This document shows, in pieces, positions 1-11,778 of a stretch of DNA of 64,000 bases; within the stretch, counting starts at the first letter, position 1; each line of letters opens with the position of its first letter. The translations under genes were made by a program, and so were the position numbers. The DNA is from Protoeuglena noctilucae (taxonomy: Eukaryota), in the NCBI GenBank assembly GCA_958009085.1, contig OY253675.1:744001-808000 (forward strand), written 5' to 3'. Under the pieces are notes generated by a model. The model saw only the letters and a list, made by a program, of their open reading frames with translations. It had not been told where the DNA came from and made no database searches.

Positions 1-133
1 GTGGGTGGAAGGCAGCTGGTGGAAAAGGCGTACTTATCAGATAAGAGCGGGATGCGGGGTGCCAGCCTGTGCCCTCAGCTTCGGGCATGAGATGCGCACT
101 CTTAGCTAACCCGTGCCTCTCCCATCGTCTCAC

Positions 134-2735
134 CTTGGGGCATGAGATGCGCGTCCCCTCTCGCCCCTGCTCCCGTGGGTTCTTGACCGCCACGTGCTTG
201 ACCCACTGCAGGATGCAAGTGCCGCAGAAGGTGTGGCCGCACGGGGTCACTGCGGGGGGTGGGGGTGGGGGTGCTGGTGAGGGACGAGGGGTGCTGAGAG
301 GCTGACAGGGGTGGGGAGGGTGCAAGTGCAGGTGAGGCAAGCGGAGAGAAACAAGCAAGTTTGCAACCACCATGCACCCCATGCACGCAGCGCGCATGCA
401 CAGGGCATCGTGCAACTCCACCCCTTCCCCTCCCCGCATCGCCCCTCACCCGTGTAGGGCGCGACCATGATCTCCATGCAGATGGCGCAGGTGGTGCGCT
501 GGAACATGGTGTCGGAGGCGTTGCTCAGCAGCTCGCGCGTGGCGTCCTGCGTAATGCCCGCCTGCCGCGCGCCCTGCGCCGGCCCCACCGGCTGCCACCC
601 CTGCCCCTGGCTCTCCCGCGCCACCGAGAGCAGCGCCTCGAGGGCGTAAAAGGCGTTCTGCGCCACCGCCGCGTGCATGAGCGCCTGCATCGTCCCTGCC
701 TGCTCCACCGCCGCCGCCACCAGGTGGTGCCGCTCCCCCGCGCTCCCCGCCGACTGCAGCTGGTTCTCCAGCTTCACCGCCGCCGCGATCGCCGCCTGCG
801 TCGCCCCCATCGGGCCCACCCCCGCCATGTCCCCGTCCTCCACCTTGCGCTTGCGCGCCATGGGCGTGTCGTCGTCGCCGTTCTGCGAATGTCGAGCATT
901 GTGAGATGAGAAAGAGTACGAGCACGGAACACACACGCTGATGGTGGTGGACTGAGCCACCCTGCATGCCCCTCTTCCTCTCGCCTGCGAGTCGCAGTCC
1001 ATGCCACACCCCCCTGCCACCACACCCATCCACAAACACACACACATCCTCCCCCCAGTCGGAGTCTCACCTGCGAGTCGCAGTCCATGTCCTGGTTGGC
1101 GTCGTCCCCGACGTTGCGGGCGGGGGCGGGGTGCGACAGCATCCACTGGTTGATAATGTCGGCGACTTGCGAGAAGCCGTTCGCCATCGCCATCTGGGAC
1201 ACCGACACCCCGTTGCCGAGCACCCGCGGGTCCGCCCCGGCCTCCAGCAGCTGCCGCGTGACCTCCACCCGGCCACGCTGCGCCGCATAGTGCAGCGGCG
1301 TCAGGCCCACCTCGTCGGGGATCGTGGGGTCGATCCCCGGGGCCGCCAGGAGCACTGCGGGGGGCGGCGGATGGGGGGGATGAGCGATGCACCCACGCAT
1401 CCCATCACCCTATGTCACGCCCAGCGCCCCTGCACACACCGTCCACGCCACCCCTCTCTTTTTTGATCTTTAGAAACCCACATCACCCTCCCTATTCCGC
1501 TCTCCGCCCCCCACACCGCCCCTCCCGCCCAGCACCACACACACACGCACCGCCCCCCGCCCCTCCGCCTCCTCACCTGACATGATGTGGGCCTGTCCCT
1601 CGGACACGGCCATGTGCAGCGCCGTCTGGCCGTCCCCGGACCTGGCGTTGACGTCCCCGCCGAACTCCAGGAGCTGCCGGGCCGCGTCGGCCTGCCCCTT
1701 GAGCGCGGCCAGGTGCAGCGCAGTCCGGCCGTTGGTCTCCGAGGCCGCCCTGGCCAGCTGCGGCGCGGCCGGCAGCACCAGCTGCAGGATCTCGACGTGC
1801 CCGTGCGACGCGGCGATGTGCGCCACCGTCTGGCCCTGGTTGGTGATGGCGGTGGGCGACGCGCCGGCGATGAGCAGCGCCCGCACGACCGCGGGCAGCC
1901 CGTGCTTCACCGCGAAGTGCAGCGGCGTGGCGCCGTGCACCTCCCGCTGGTCCACCATGTGCGGGAAGTTGCTGAGCACGAACCCCACCGCCGCCGGCGA
2001 CCCCCCCACGACCGCCGCGTGCAACAGGCATCCCTGGTTCATGTCCAGCTCCTGGGCCAGGTTGCGGTTCTGACGCAGCAGCTCCTGCAGCATGTCCATG
2101 TCCCCCGCAAGCGCCGCCACGTGGGCCGGGCGCGCGTCCACGTAAAAGCGGCAGGGGTTCTCCGTGACCACCCCCAAACGCGACACGCGCGCGGGGCCCC
2201 CGAAGCCCAGCACGCTCCCGTGCGCCACCTCGGTCTCCGCGGACGCCTGCGCCTGGCCAGACTGCTGCGGGGGCGGGGGGCGGGCGCGCTCGCGCGGGGT
2301 GGTTCCGGGGCGGCATGTGCGGGGGCGCCATGCGTGGCGCAGGGGTGGACGGGACTCACCGGCGCGTGGGCCGCCGGCTGGATGCGGTCGTCGCCCAGGA
2401 ACGTCCCGTTGGTCGATCCGAGGTCCTTGACAAGAATCTTGCCCGCCCGCGTGATCTTGAGCTCCGCGTGGAGGCGCGAGATCATTTGAGGGAGCCTGCG
2501 TGGGCATCGAGCCGAGGGGGCCGCGGTCAGGCCCGGCGGCGGCTCGCGGGGACGCGGGACGGAACGTCGATGCGGCGGAGAGCGCGCGGGCCGCGCACCG
2601 GGGGGTGTTGAGGTAGAGGGTCGCCTGGGAGCCCCGCCCGACAACCACGATGTTGTCGGGGGCCTCCCGCGCCATCTGGGCCAGGTTGACGACCATGGGG
2701 CCCGGCTGGTCCCCGTTCCTAATGGCACGCAACAT
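134..2735 (-). CDS. FHA + ankyrin-repeat + RING-finger protein (putative E3 ubiquitin ligase); multi-exon, 3' end runs off the left edge
   Basis: Joined exons give an FHA domain (VVVGRG...ISRLHAEL...VKDLGSTNGTF), several ankyrin repeats (GATPLHFA, GQTVAHIA, GRTALHLA, GQTALHMA, GLTPLHYA) and a C3HC4 RING (CAICMEIMVAPYTVTPCGHTFCGTCILQW...SCPK). The ATG at 2735 follows a cttgcag acceptor, so an upstream exon may exist. Confidence 0.85.
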
Positions 2736-4211
2736 CCCTGCAAGCGCAACGCCTCCCGGCGGCTCGCCCGCGACGCCCTGCGGGGGGGGAGGACGGTCCT
2801 GGGGTCACGTCGCGCGCGGGGCCGGACACCCCGTGGCCCCGGCCGCCCGGACGAGGAGAACGCGGGCGCTCGAGCGCGGAACGAGACCCCCCGCCAGGGC
2901 GCCTGGCCGCGCCCGAACGCCCCGGGAAGGGGCACGGTCTCGCGAGGCCCGCGAGGAGCGGACGGCCCGCAAGGCGCCGGTCCGTCCCGCATCATAAGAC
3001 CAGGGACGGGTGCAGCACCGGTCGCGGGCCGGGCCAGGGCGGGGGGTGCGCAAAAGTGTCGAGGGAGGGGAAGCAGGCTCCTAGCATTGCGTGGGCAGGG
3101 TGCGCGGCGCTCGCCCGATGAGGAATGATGCGGCGGTAGCAGACGGACCGCGTGGGTCCCCGGCTCGTGGCCCAGCGCGGCCGCTCAAACCAAAAAAAAG
3201 CACAAAGAGGGCGTTGACGCCCAGGGGCCGGGCTAGGCGGGGAACGGGACCGCCGCGACGAAAGAACACGCTCGCGAGACGCCGGGGAGCGCGGGGAGGC
3301 CGGAATTCCGGGGGCAAGGGAGTGCAGGGTCCTTGCGGGCCCGTCACGTCCTCTTCGCACCGCCCGGCGCGGTCTTGCAGCGGGCTGCGAAGGCTTCGAA
3401 ACGCGACCGGCCAGACGCGGCCGCGAGGCCACGCAGGAAACGCCCCGGACTCTCGTGAGGAGCCCAAAAAACTCACCTCCCTCTCAGTGCGCTAAGTGCA
3501 CGGGGCCGACGAACGGCTGCGGTGAAAAAACGCGACGGGGCACGCGGGCGGAGAACGCGATCGGGAACGGTGCAACGCAGCCGAAGTTAAGCCAACAGGA
3601 CAGCTCAGCAGGAAGTTCAGAGAGGAAGCGTCGAATCGGACGCCGGTGGCTCGGATATGGGGCCCGGCGCAGGGGACGGGGGCCTTGTCACTCGTCACCA
3701 GGGACCCCTGTCAGGAGTTTCTGGCGAGGACCGGGGGGTCGCGAGTTCACGCCAGGGACGCAACCCCGGCGAGCTTCATCCTGCGGGTGCGCCGGCTGGC
3801 CCGACTGCTGACGAACGCCGCCCCGGAGGTGGAGGCCACATGACTCATTCCGTGATTTAAGCCCGGGAGACCCCGGCGCGGTCCCGCCGGAATGATGATC
3901 GAGGTGCGCGCACGAGCGTGCGGGTGCTCCGCGCCCGCGGCGCATCTCAGCACACGGGTTGTACCCGACCGACCCATTGCGACGCTCTCCACGCGCAGTA
4001 CCTCTCGAGCCACGCGTGGCTGGCGGGTGTCCTGGCCACCATCGCATACTCGTCTTCCGGGTGAGGGCTCCCTGCCGGAAACGCGCGCCTCCTGAGGCCG
4101 CGCGGTCGTTCGCTTTCCTTGCCCCGCGTAATCCACCGAATGGCGGCACGCCTGGGCCAGCCCGCGAGCGCAAGCCCTTGTCTCACATCCCGTCCGTCGA
4201 CGATTTCGCAG

Positions 4212-7200
4212 TTTGCCCTTCTCGCGCCCGGCGCTCGTCGTGCCCGCCTTCGACACGGTCGTGCATGCCGTGGCAGCGCGGCGAGGCGCCGCGCGTTACG
4301 GGGTCCGCCCCAGATGGTGAGCTCTTGAAAGATCTACCTATGCGCGTCGCTCGCACGGCTCCCGGGTCGTTGGATCGCTTCGCGGAGCCCCGTCATGCTC
4401 GCGCCTTGTTCGCCTTCTTCGCTTGCAGGTTTTTGGAGTTCCTAGACGCGCTGGCCACCGCCTGCTGCGTCGTGGGAGGCTGGTTGCTGCATGTTTCCAA
4501 CAGCGTGCCGTGGTTTCGCGTGGCGGGCGTCGCGCTGCTGGCGGCATCTGCCGGCCGCGCCTCCACCACGATTCACCGCTTCTCCTGCTGGCGCCGCCTC
4601 GACCGGAGCGCGGGAATGACGGACGTGGCCAATAGCCTCCGGAACATCGTGTCCCTGACCGGCGCGGGCGTCGTGGTCGTCGCCTCGCTCGCCACCATCC
4701 TGCTGACGGTGAGCAGCAGGGCCGCAAGGCCTGCCTGCGCGTCTACGATTGCCGTAAAACCACCTATTCACGCTCCCGATCGCCCCTGCGCCCGCCGCAG
4801 GATGACTGGGGTGGCGCGGAGCACGCGGGCACGGCGCATGCCGTCTCCACCGCACGCCTCCTGTCTGGCATCTCTGACCAGCAGCAGGTGCGCCGAAACT
4901 GGCCCAGGGGCTGAGTGGCACCCGGTTGTCGCAATTGCATACGCGACTGACGACGCGCCAGCCATCACCGCGCACTGCCGGCACTCGTGCTAGGGGTCGT
5001 CTCAGCCCCTCCCCGCGCCACTCCGCACCTCAACCTCCCTCACCCTCCCCGCAGGCCCGCGCCGCCGCAGCCGCCCTGTCCCCCAGCCTGGGCTGTGCCC
5101 GGTTGGTGCGCGTGACCCACACCGCCTGGCCCTCGTCTTTGGACCTCAGCCACTCCCCCGCGCATGCGAGCGTGCTGCGATGGCCGCCCCTTGTGCGCCC
5201 CGCTCTCACTGCGGTGTCCTTCGGGGCGCCCGGCGGGGCGAGCGGGGAGGTGGTGGTGGACGCGTCGGCATGCACAATCGTGGCCTCCCTCGCGCGCCTG
5301 GTTATGGCGTCCGCCCTCACGGCCACTGCGTTTGGTGTCTTCTTCATGGGGCGCGTCTTCGGCTACTCGTTGGTCACCAGCAAGGTCCAAGCACTGCTGG
5401 CCGGGTGAGCATGCGGGGGTAGAGGGGACACGCGACACGCTGCCACACGCTGCTCTCGTCGCGATGTCATGACCGTCCCTGCTCTGTCCGACTCAGTCAC
5501 TCATGGCCTGTAGACCTTCTGTCGCTGTCATTGGGTTAGGGTTATGAACCTTGGTTGTTACCGGTGTCCTTGCAGGGTGGTGCCCCTGGCGCGCAACCTG
5601 GAGGCGGACGGCATGGTGCAGACGGACGTGGGGGTGGATGGGGTGCCGCTGCTCATCACGGCCGAGGTGAGCAGCGACTGCGCTTGACTAGTCTCGTCCC
5701 ATCCACAATTCCACTGCTCATGCCACCTCTCTCACCTCACCCCCACTCCTCCCTCTGTCTCCCTCAGGAGGCCGTGCGCCGCGTGTGCCGCTGCGTCACT
5801 CTCACCTCCCCCCCACTCACCCCCTCTCTCGCTCCCCCACTCACAGGAGGCCGTGCGCCGCGTGTGCCGGTGTGTGACGCTCATGCTCCGCGCCTCCTTC
5901 CGCGGCCACGCCGTCATGCAGCGATTGCTGGGAGAAGTGCGCACGTCGGACCCGACCGAGGGAGTGGAGAACGCAGCGCGGTCGGGGTTACTGGGGAGGT
6001 ACGGGGCAGACGTGGCGGCCATGGGGGTGCGGGGGGACGACGGCGGGGGTGACGGTGGGGGAGCGAATGCGGACGGGAGCGGGCATGGGGGTGGGAGTGG
6101 GAATGGGGTGAATGGTGGCGAGGACGGTGGTCCTGCGTCGGAGGGGTGGCACTGGCGCAACCGACTGAGCCGGCACCTGCGCATGCCCAGGCGAGGGGGT
6201 GGGGGGGCGTGCAGATGCATGGGGTGTGTGATATGCGCAGCTGTGCTATTACAGTATTACATAGATAGTGCTACATAGGTACTATTTATCTACTCTGCGC
6301 ATGGCGCACGTATCTACACGCACGTTCTACTTTAGCTACCAAGCACGTCCTTTTAAGCACGTTTACTGGCCTTCCCCCCCCCGCAGTGACGCCGGCAGCG
6401 TTCTCTCGGCCGCGGCCGCGAGCGAGGCCCCCGCCCCGTCGGGAAAATGCGCGCTGGGGTCGCTGGGGTTCGATGTGCTGACCATGTCGCGGGCTGAGCT
6501 GGAGGACGCGGTGGTCAAGATGTTCCAGGGCCTGGGGTGAGGAGTGAAGAGGGGGTTGGTAGATGTGGTTGATGAGATGGTTGGGAGAGTGGTGGTGGGG
6601 GTGATGGGTAGTGGTGGTAGTGGTGGTGTGGGGGTGATGGGTGGAGGTGTTCCAGGGGCTGGGGTGAGAAGCAACGGTGGTGGTGCTGGCAGCTGAAATG
6701 GTTGGGAGGGTGTTGGTGTCGGTCGTGACTCAACCCTCACCTCCCACCCCTCAACCCCGCACCCACCCCACCCCACCGTCTACACCCCAACACCCCACAT
6801 CCAACCCTCCCCCCACAAACAACCCCCCACCCACACCCCCCCAGCCTCCTCGCCCCCGACGACGTCCGCCCCTCCCGGCTGATGCGCGCCACCGCGGCCC
6901 GCGAGGCCCACAGCGAGCGCGGCAGCCGCTCCGAGGTCGCACGGTCCCCGAGCAACAGCGTCACAGCACGGTACTCGGAGCTGGGCGCAGCAAGATTCTC
7001 GGACCTGTCCGCGTCACGTTTCTCGGAGGTTGGAGGGCAGCCGCCGTCCCCCTGCGCGGCTGCGTGAGACGAGGGCGGCGGCGGTGGCGGTGGGAATGGC
7101 GAGGGTGGGCGCATGTCGGGAGCGAGCATGAACGAGACGGGCAACAGTAACGGTACTGGTAATGGTAATACTGGTCACGGTACTGGTAACGTTACTTATA

Positions 7201-10200
7201 ACAACAGTAACGGTTACAGTAACAACATCAGTGACCGTGCGTCGGTGTTGCACCCCGGGATGGTGCGGGAGCGGACGCTGCGACGCTTCTGCCGGGAGGT
7301 GGAGAGGCGGCACCTGGGGAACCCCTACCACCGGTGAGGGGTGGGATGAGATGGGGTGGAGTGGGATGTGAAATGATATGAGGCAGGGGGTGACATGGCA
7401 TGGGGGTGACAGTGGGGAGATTGGTCTCCCCACTGCATGCGATGCACACCGACCATTAAGCATGTATCTGTTGTATGTATATTTATGAACACCAGTATCC
7501 CCCTTCCTGCCCATGCAGCTGGGAGCACGCGGTGGACGTGGCCCACACGTGCTATGCCCTGGTGCGGAGGGCGCGCAAGCTGAGGCGCGCCTACCTGTCC
7601 CGCCTCCACCTCTTCTGCCTCATGGTGGCTGCCCTGGCGCACGACATGGGGCACCAGGGGGTGAGTGGGGAAGACGACGGGTGGCATGGGGTGTTTGGGG
7701 AGCGACGGTGGAGTGGGTGGAGTGGGTGGGTGCAAAGACGCATGGCGTGAAGGTTGATGCACCCCCACTTTGCCATCTCTACCTCTCTCCCTCTCTCACT
7801 CCCTCACACTCTCCCTCTCCCCCCAGGTCAGCAACGCCCACCTCATCAAAACGCGCAACACCCTCGCGCTCCTCTACAACGACCGGAGCGTGCAGGTGGG
7901 GCTGCGATGTGGATGTTATTGGTATCGTTCTCTCGAATGTATGTAATTGATGGATGTGGTAAGCCAAATCCGATCGCTCTTCATTCGCCAGGAGAGTCCC
8001 CAAGCTCCCCCAGCTCTGCCACTGTCGCCATAACAACAACTCTCTTATATGATCAAATTTCTTTAATCAAAGTCAATAATAATTCTCCCATGGACCCCAG
8101 GAGAACCTCCACGCCTCCAAGCTCTCCCAGCTCTGCCAGACCGTCCCCTCCGCCGACGTCTTTGAGCTCCTCCCCGACCAGGCACGCGCCTTCGCCCGGC
8201 GCACCGTCATCCAGCTCTTACTCGGCACCGACATGACGGCCCACGTCACCACGTGAGTTGTGGATCGCGGTGATGCGGACGGGTGATTGCAATGATACTA
8301 AAGAGGATGTTCACTGACAATGATGCATATGGGTCAGCGAGTGTGGGTGCGATGGGAGGGGTGGCAGCCCCAGATGCCAGCAGCGCCCCATCTCTCTCCC
8401 CCACCTCCACCCCACCTTCCGTCTCTCTCGCCACATCACTCATCCCCTTCCCCTCTATCCCACCTCCACTCATCCCCCACCCCCTCTCCCCCCCTCTCAT
8501 GCAGCGTGGCCCACCTGCAAGCCATCGCCGCCGCCCTCGCCACCGCTGCCCCCGAGCCCGGCAGCCCCTTGTCGCGGTCGGGAAAGGACAAGGACGCCAC
8601 GATGCGCTACAGCCACAACGCCGACGCGGCGGGCCCGTTAACCCCCGCCGCCGACGGGATTCGAACCCCCGACCTCGCCGCCGGCGCCGACGGGACTCGA
8701 ACCCCTAACCTCTCCGATTCCCGCCCTCTGCCCTACCTCCCCGATGACGACGTGCTGTGCATTCTGGACGGGCTGCTGCGGGCGGGGGACCTGGGCAACT
8801 GCGTGAAGCCGGTGCACCTGCACGCGCGGTGGTCGCTGCTGATCAACCGGGAGTATGCGGAAGAAGCGCGCATGGAGAAGGTGAGGGATGGGTAGATACT
8901 GATAGTATTGATCCATCTATTTAGTTAGAAACTAGATTGAGGGTGTGGTGGTCGCTCCTCATCAACCGGGAGTATGCGGAAGAAGCGCGCATGGAGAAGG
9001 TGAGGAGTTGTGTTGCTGAGGAGAGATGAGAGATGTTGTGATGCAAGGTACTCTTGCACTGCCACCCTCAACACCACCCCCACTCCCACTCCCATCCCCA
9101 CTGCCACCCTTCCCACCCCCCACCCGACCACCCCCACTCCCACCCCCACTGCCAACCTCACCACCCCCCCACACCCCTCCCCTCCCCCCCAGAGCGTTGG
9201 CCTGGTGCCTCCTCCCTTCATGGACGCATCTGTCCGCCACGTGCCCACGTGTCAGATGGAGTTTTTGGAACTGGTGGCCGCGCCTCTCTTCTTGGCGATG
9301 GCGAGGCTCGTGCCGGGGTGGAGGGGCAACCTGAAGGAGCTGGGCAGGAACTACAGGTGAGGGGTTTGTGAGGGGGTGGGAGTGATTGATGATATGAGGG
9401 GCAACCTGGAGGAGCTATCTCATCTCATCCCACTCTCCCTCTCCCTCTCACCTCATCCCTTTTGATCTCATCTCATCTCACCCCCCCCCTTGCAGGTTCT
9501 GGGCAGCCATGGTCCTTCCCTCTCACTCTCACTCTCACTCTCACTCTTACTCTCACCCTCACCCCATCTCCCCCATGCAGGTTCTGGGCAGCCATGGCTC
9601 TGCATGACAGCGGCCGCTCCCCCCGCAAGCGCCCCTCCCGCCCCCGCCTGTCGCCCACCCCCTCCGCCGAGGCTCTGCTGGGCCGCTCCCTCACCCGCAA
9701 GGCCTCCCGCCGACTGTCCGACATCATCCACAGCATATTCGGCAATGACGCGGACAGCAGGATGTCTGAGGAGGGGGGTGGGGAGGACGGGGGTGGCGAG
9801 GGTGGCGGTAAAGGTGGCAGTAAGGATGGAGATGGGAATGGGGATAGCAATGGGGATAAGGACGGCGTCAATGTGAGTCGGGATCAGCGATGGGGGGACG
9901 CGCTGGGTGTATCGGAGAGGGGGTGGCAGGGGGAGGGTGGTGTTGGGGATGCGGGTGGTGATGCGGGTGGTGGTGGTGGTGAGGGTACGAATGAGGGTGC
10001 AGACGCGTCGCCGCTGAGCAAGCACGACAGCGGCGTTCGGTCGGACTTTTGGGTATCGATCCGCGGCGACAATCGCCGGTCGGGCACCGGTGGTCGGTTC
10101 AGTGTGGATGTGGCGGTGCTAACCCGTAGGGGGGTTGGCAGCGAGCGGGAGAGGGAGTGGGAGCGAGCGGCCTCTGCGCTGCCGCATCCCTGGCATGCGC

Positions 10201-10992
10201 TGCGGGACGCGGCGGTGGCGGCGGGCAACAAGGCCGGGCACAGCCACGCCACGGTGAGGGTGGGAGAGCATGGTGGGGTGTGGGGGGGGGGGGGGGGGGG
10301 GGGGGGGGAATATGATGGGATGGGGTGAGGAGCTGCGTTGGGGTTGTAAGGATCTACAAGGGGCATCTGTGGCTCGCTTTATCACTCAGCGTCACCCTCA
10401 CTGCCACCCCCGCTGCCACCCTCACTCCCACCCTCACGGCCACCCTCACTGCAAGCCCCAATCCCACCCTTTCATCCCCACCCCCACCCTCACTCCCAAC
10501 CCCACTCCCACTCCCCCCCCAGTCCTTCCGCGAGCCCCCCCCCCCCTCACTCTCTCACCCCACATCCTCACACCCCACTCAACCCCATCCCATCTCCCCC
10601 TCTCCCCCAGTCCTTCCACGAGGCCCCCCCCTCTTCGATCGGTGAGGACGAGGCCGACCTGCCCCTGCACTGGCCAGACTCAGCAGACGCGGAGATGGAG
10701 GCACTGCTGGGGGAGCTGCAGAGGCAGGGAGTGGGGGGGATGCCCAAGGTGAGGGGGGTTGTGGGCACGGGTGGTGGTGGGTGGTGGTGGTGAGGGGTAC
10801 ATGCGTTAGGGGAGAATGCGTGAGGCCATGAGGCAAGCGTGCATGCACTTGCGCTCCCTCCATCATCCACACCACTGCCACCACTCCCACCCACCACCGC
10901 CCCTGCTCTTGCGTCTCCCCCAGGGTGTCCGCGCCCAGGACCTCCCCGCCAAGGTGGCGCAGTTCTCGCAGAAGCTCACCATGGCGCCCTGA
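4212..10992 (+). CDS. Class I 3',5'-cyclic nucleotide phosphodiesterase with hydrophobic (multi-TM) N-terminus; about 13 introns, true start probably upstream of 4212
   Basis: Spliced motifs NPYHRWEHAVDV, AALAHDMGHQGVSN, LYNDRSVQENLH, LLGTDM, GDLGN and the invariant Gln in TCQMEF. Hydrophobic exons at about 4430-4710 and 5250-5405. Stop TGA at 10990-10992. Linking the TM exons to the PDE exons is inferred from phase-compatible junctions. Confidence 0.85.
9519..9563. repeat. (CTCTCA)n microsatellite in a PDE intron
   Basis: Direct reading: ctctcactctcactctcactctcactcttactctcaccctcacc. Confidence 0.8.
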
Positions 10993-11778
10993 CAACGCAC
11001 GCTTCCCAGTCGTGACACCCCAGCTACTGGCACCAGTCACATCCCATGCACTGGCATCGGCGACCTCCCAGGCACTGTCACCCATGCACTTTCACCAGTC
11101 ACACCCCATGCAACACCCCCGTGACACGGCGAGCCCTCGCCATGCACAGTGGGCCATGCGCCAGTGACGCCGGGAGCATTCCCGGTGCAACACAGTCTTT
11201 GGCCATGCGCGTATATATCCGTCCCTCCTCCTTCCATCCTTCCATCTGCCCACCCTGCGACACTGTGACCCCATGCAGCGTCCCTTCCTTCCCTCTTTCA
11301 CTCTTTCCGTTCGTGTACATCACCCAATAGCATTGTCCTAACAATAGACGTGCTGCGTCACGGAGTGAGTGGCTACCACCGCCCGCCTGGCGTCGCCGGG
11401 GTTTACCAGCCCCGAGCGCTGCTGCGATTGTCGCCCAGCTCGTCTTCCCGCCTCCGTACCACGCCACACCCGCCAACCCTCCGCCTTAGCGCGCCCACGC
11501 TCGGTGCGAGTTACTGCACACGCACTCGCTAGTTGGTGATGCAACGCGCAGTGCCTGCCTGGCGCCGCCATAACAGCGCCCGCAACAGGGCAACAGGGCA
11601 CGCCGAGGCAGGGCTCTCACAGCTCTGGCTTCGTACATACATCATACGCAACATCACCTCGCATCTACCGCCGTGCTTTGTGTGCTTTGTTCCCCGTGCT
11701 TGCCCCTCACCCAAGATGGCGTGGTTACCTGAGCCGCCGCAGCCGCCACAGCCATCGGTGTGACCCTCCTACGCCCAT

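Noticed and set aside
5532..5546. Telomere-like ttgggttagggtta
   Set aside because: Only about two units inside an intron; compatible with chance.
8650..8760. Possible tRNA gene on the minus strand
   Set aside because: The T-stem is imperfect, there is no D-arm, anticodon arm or acceptor stem, and it lies in a coding exon. Kept only as a low-interest fragment.
10282..10308. 27-nt poly-G run
   Set aside because: Intronic homopolymer of unreliable length; part of the G-rich 5' intron half.
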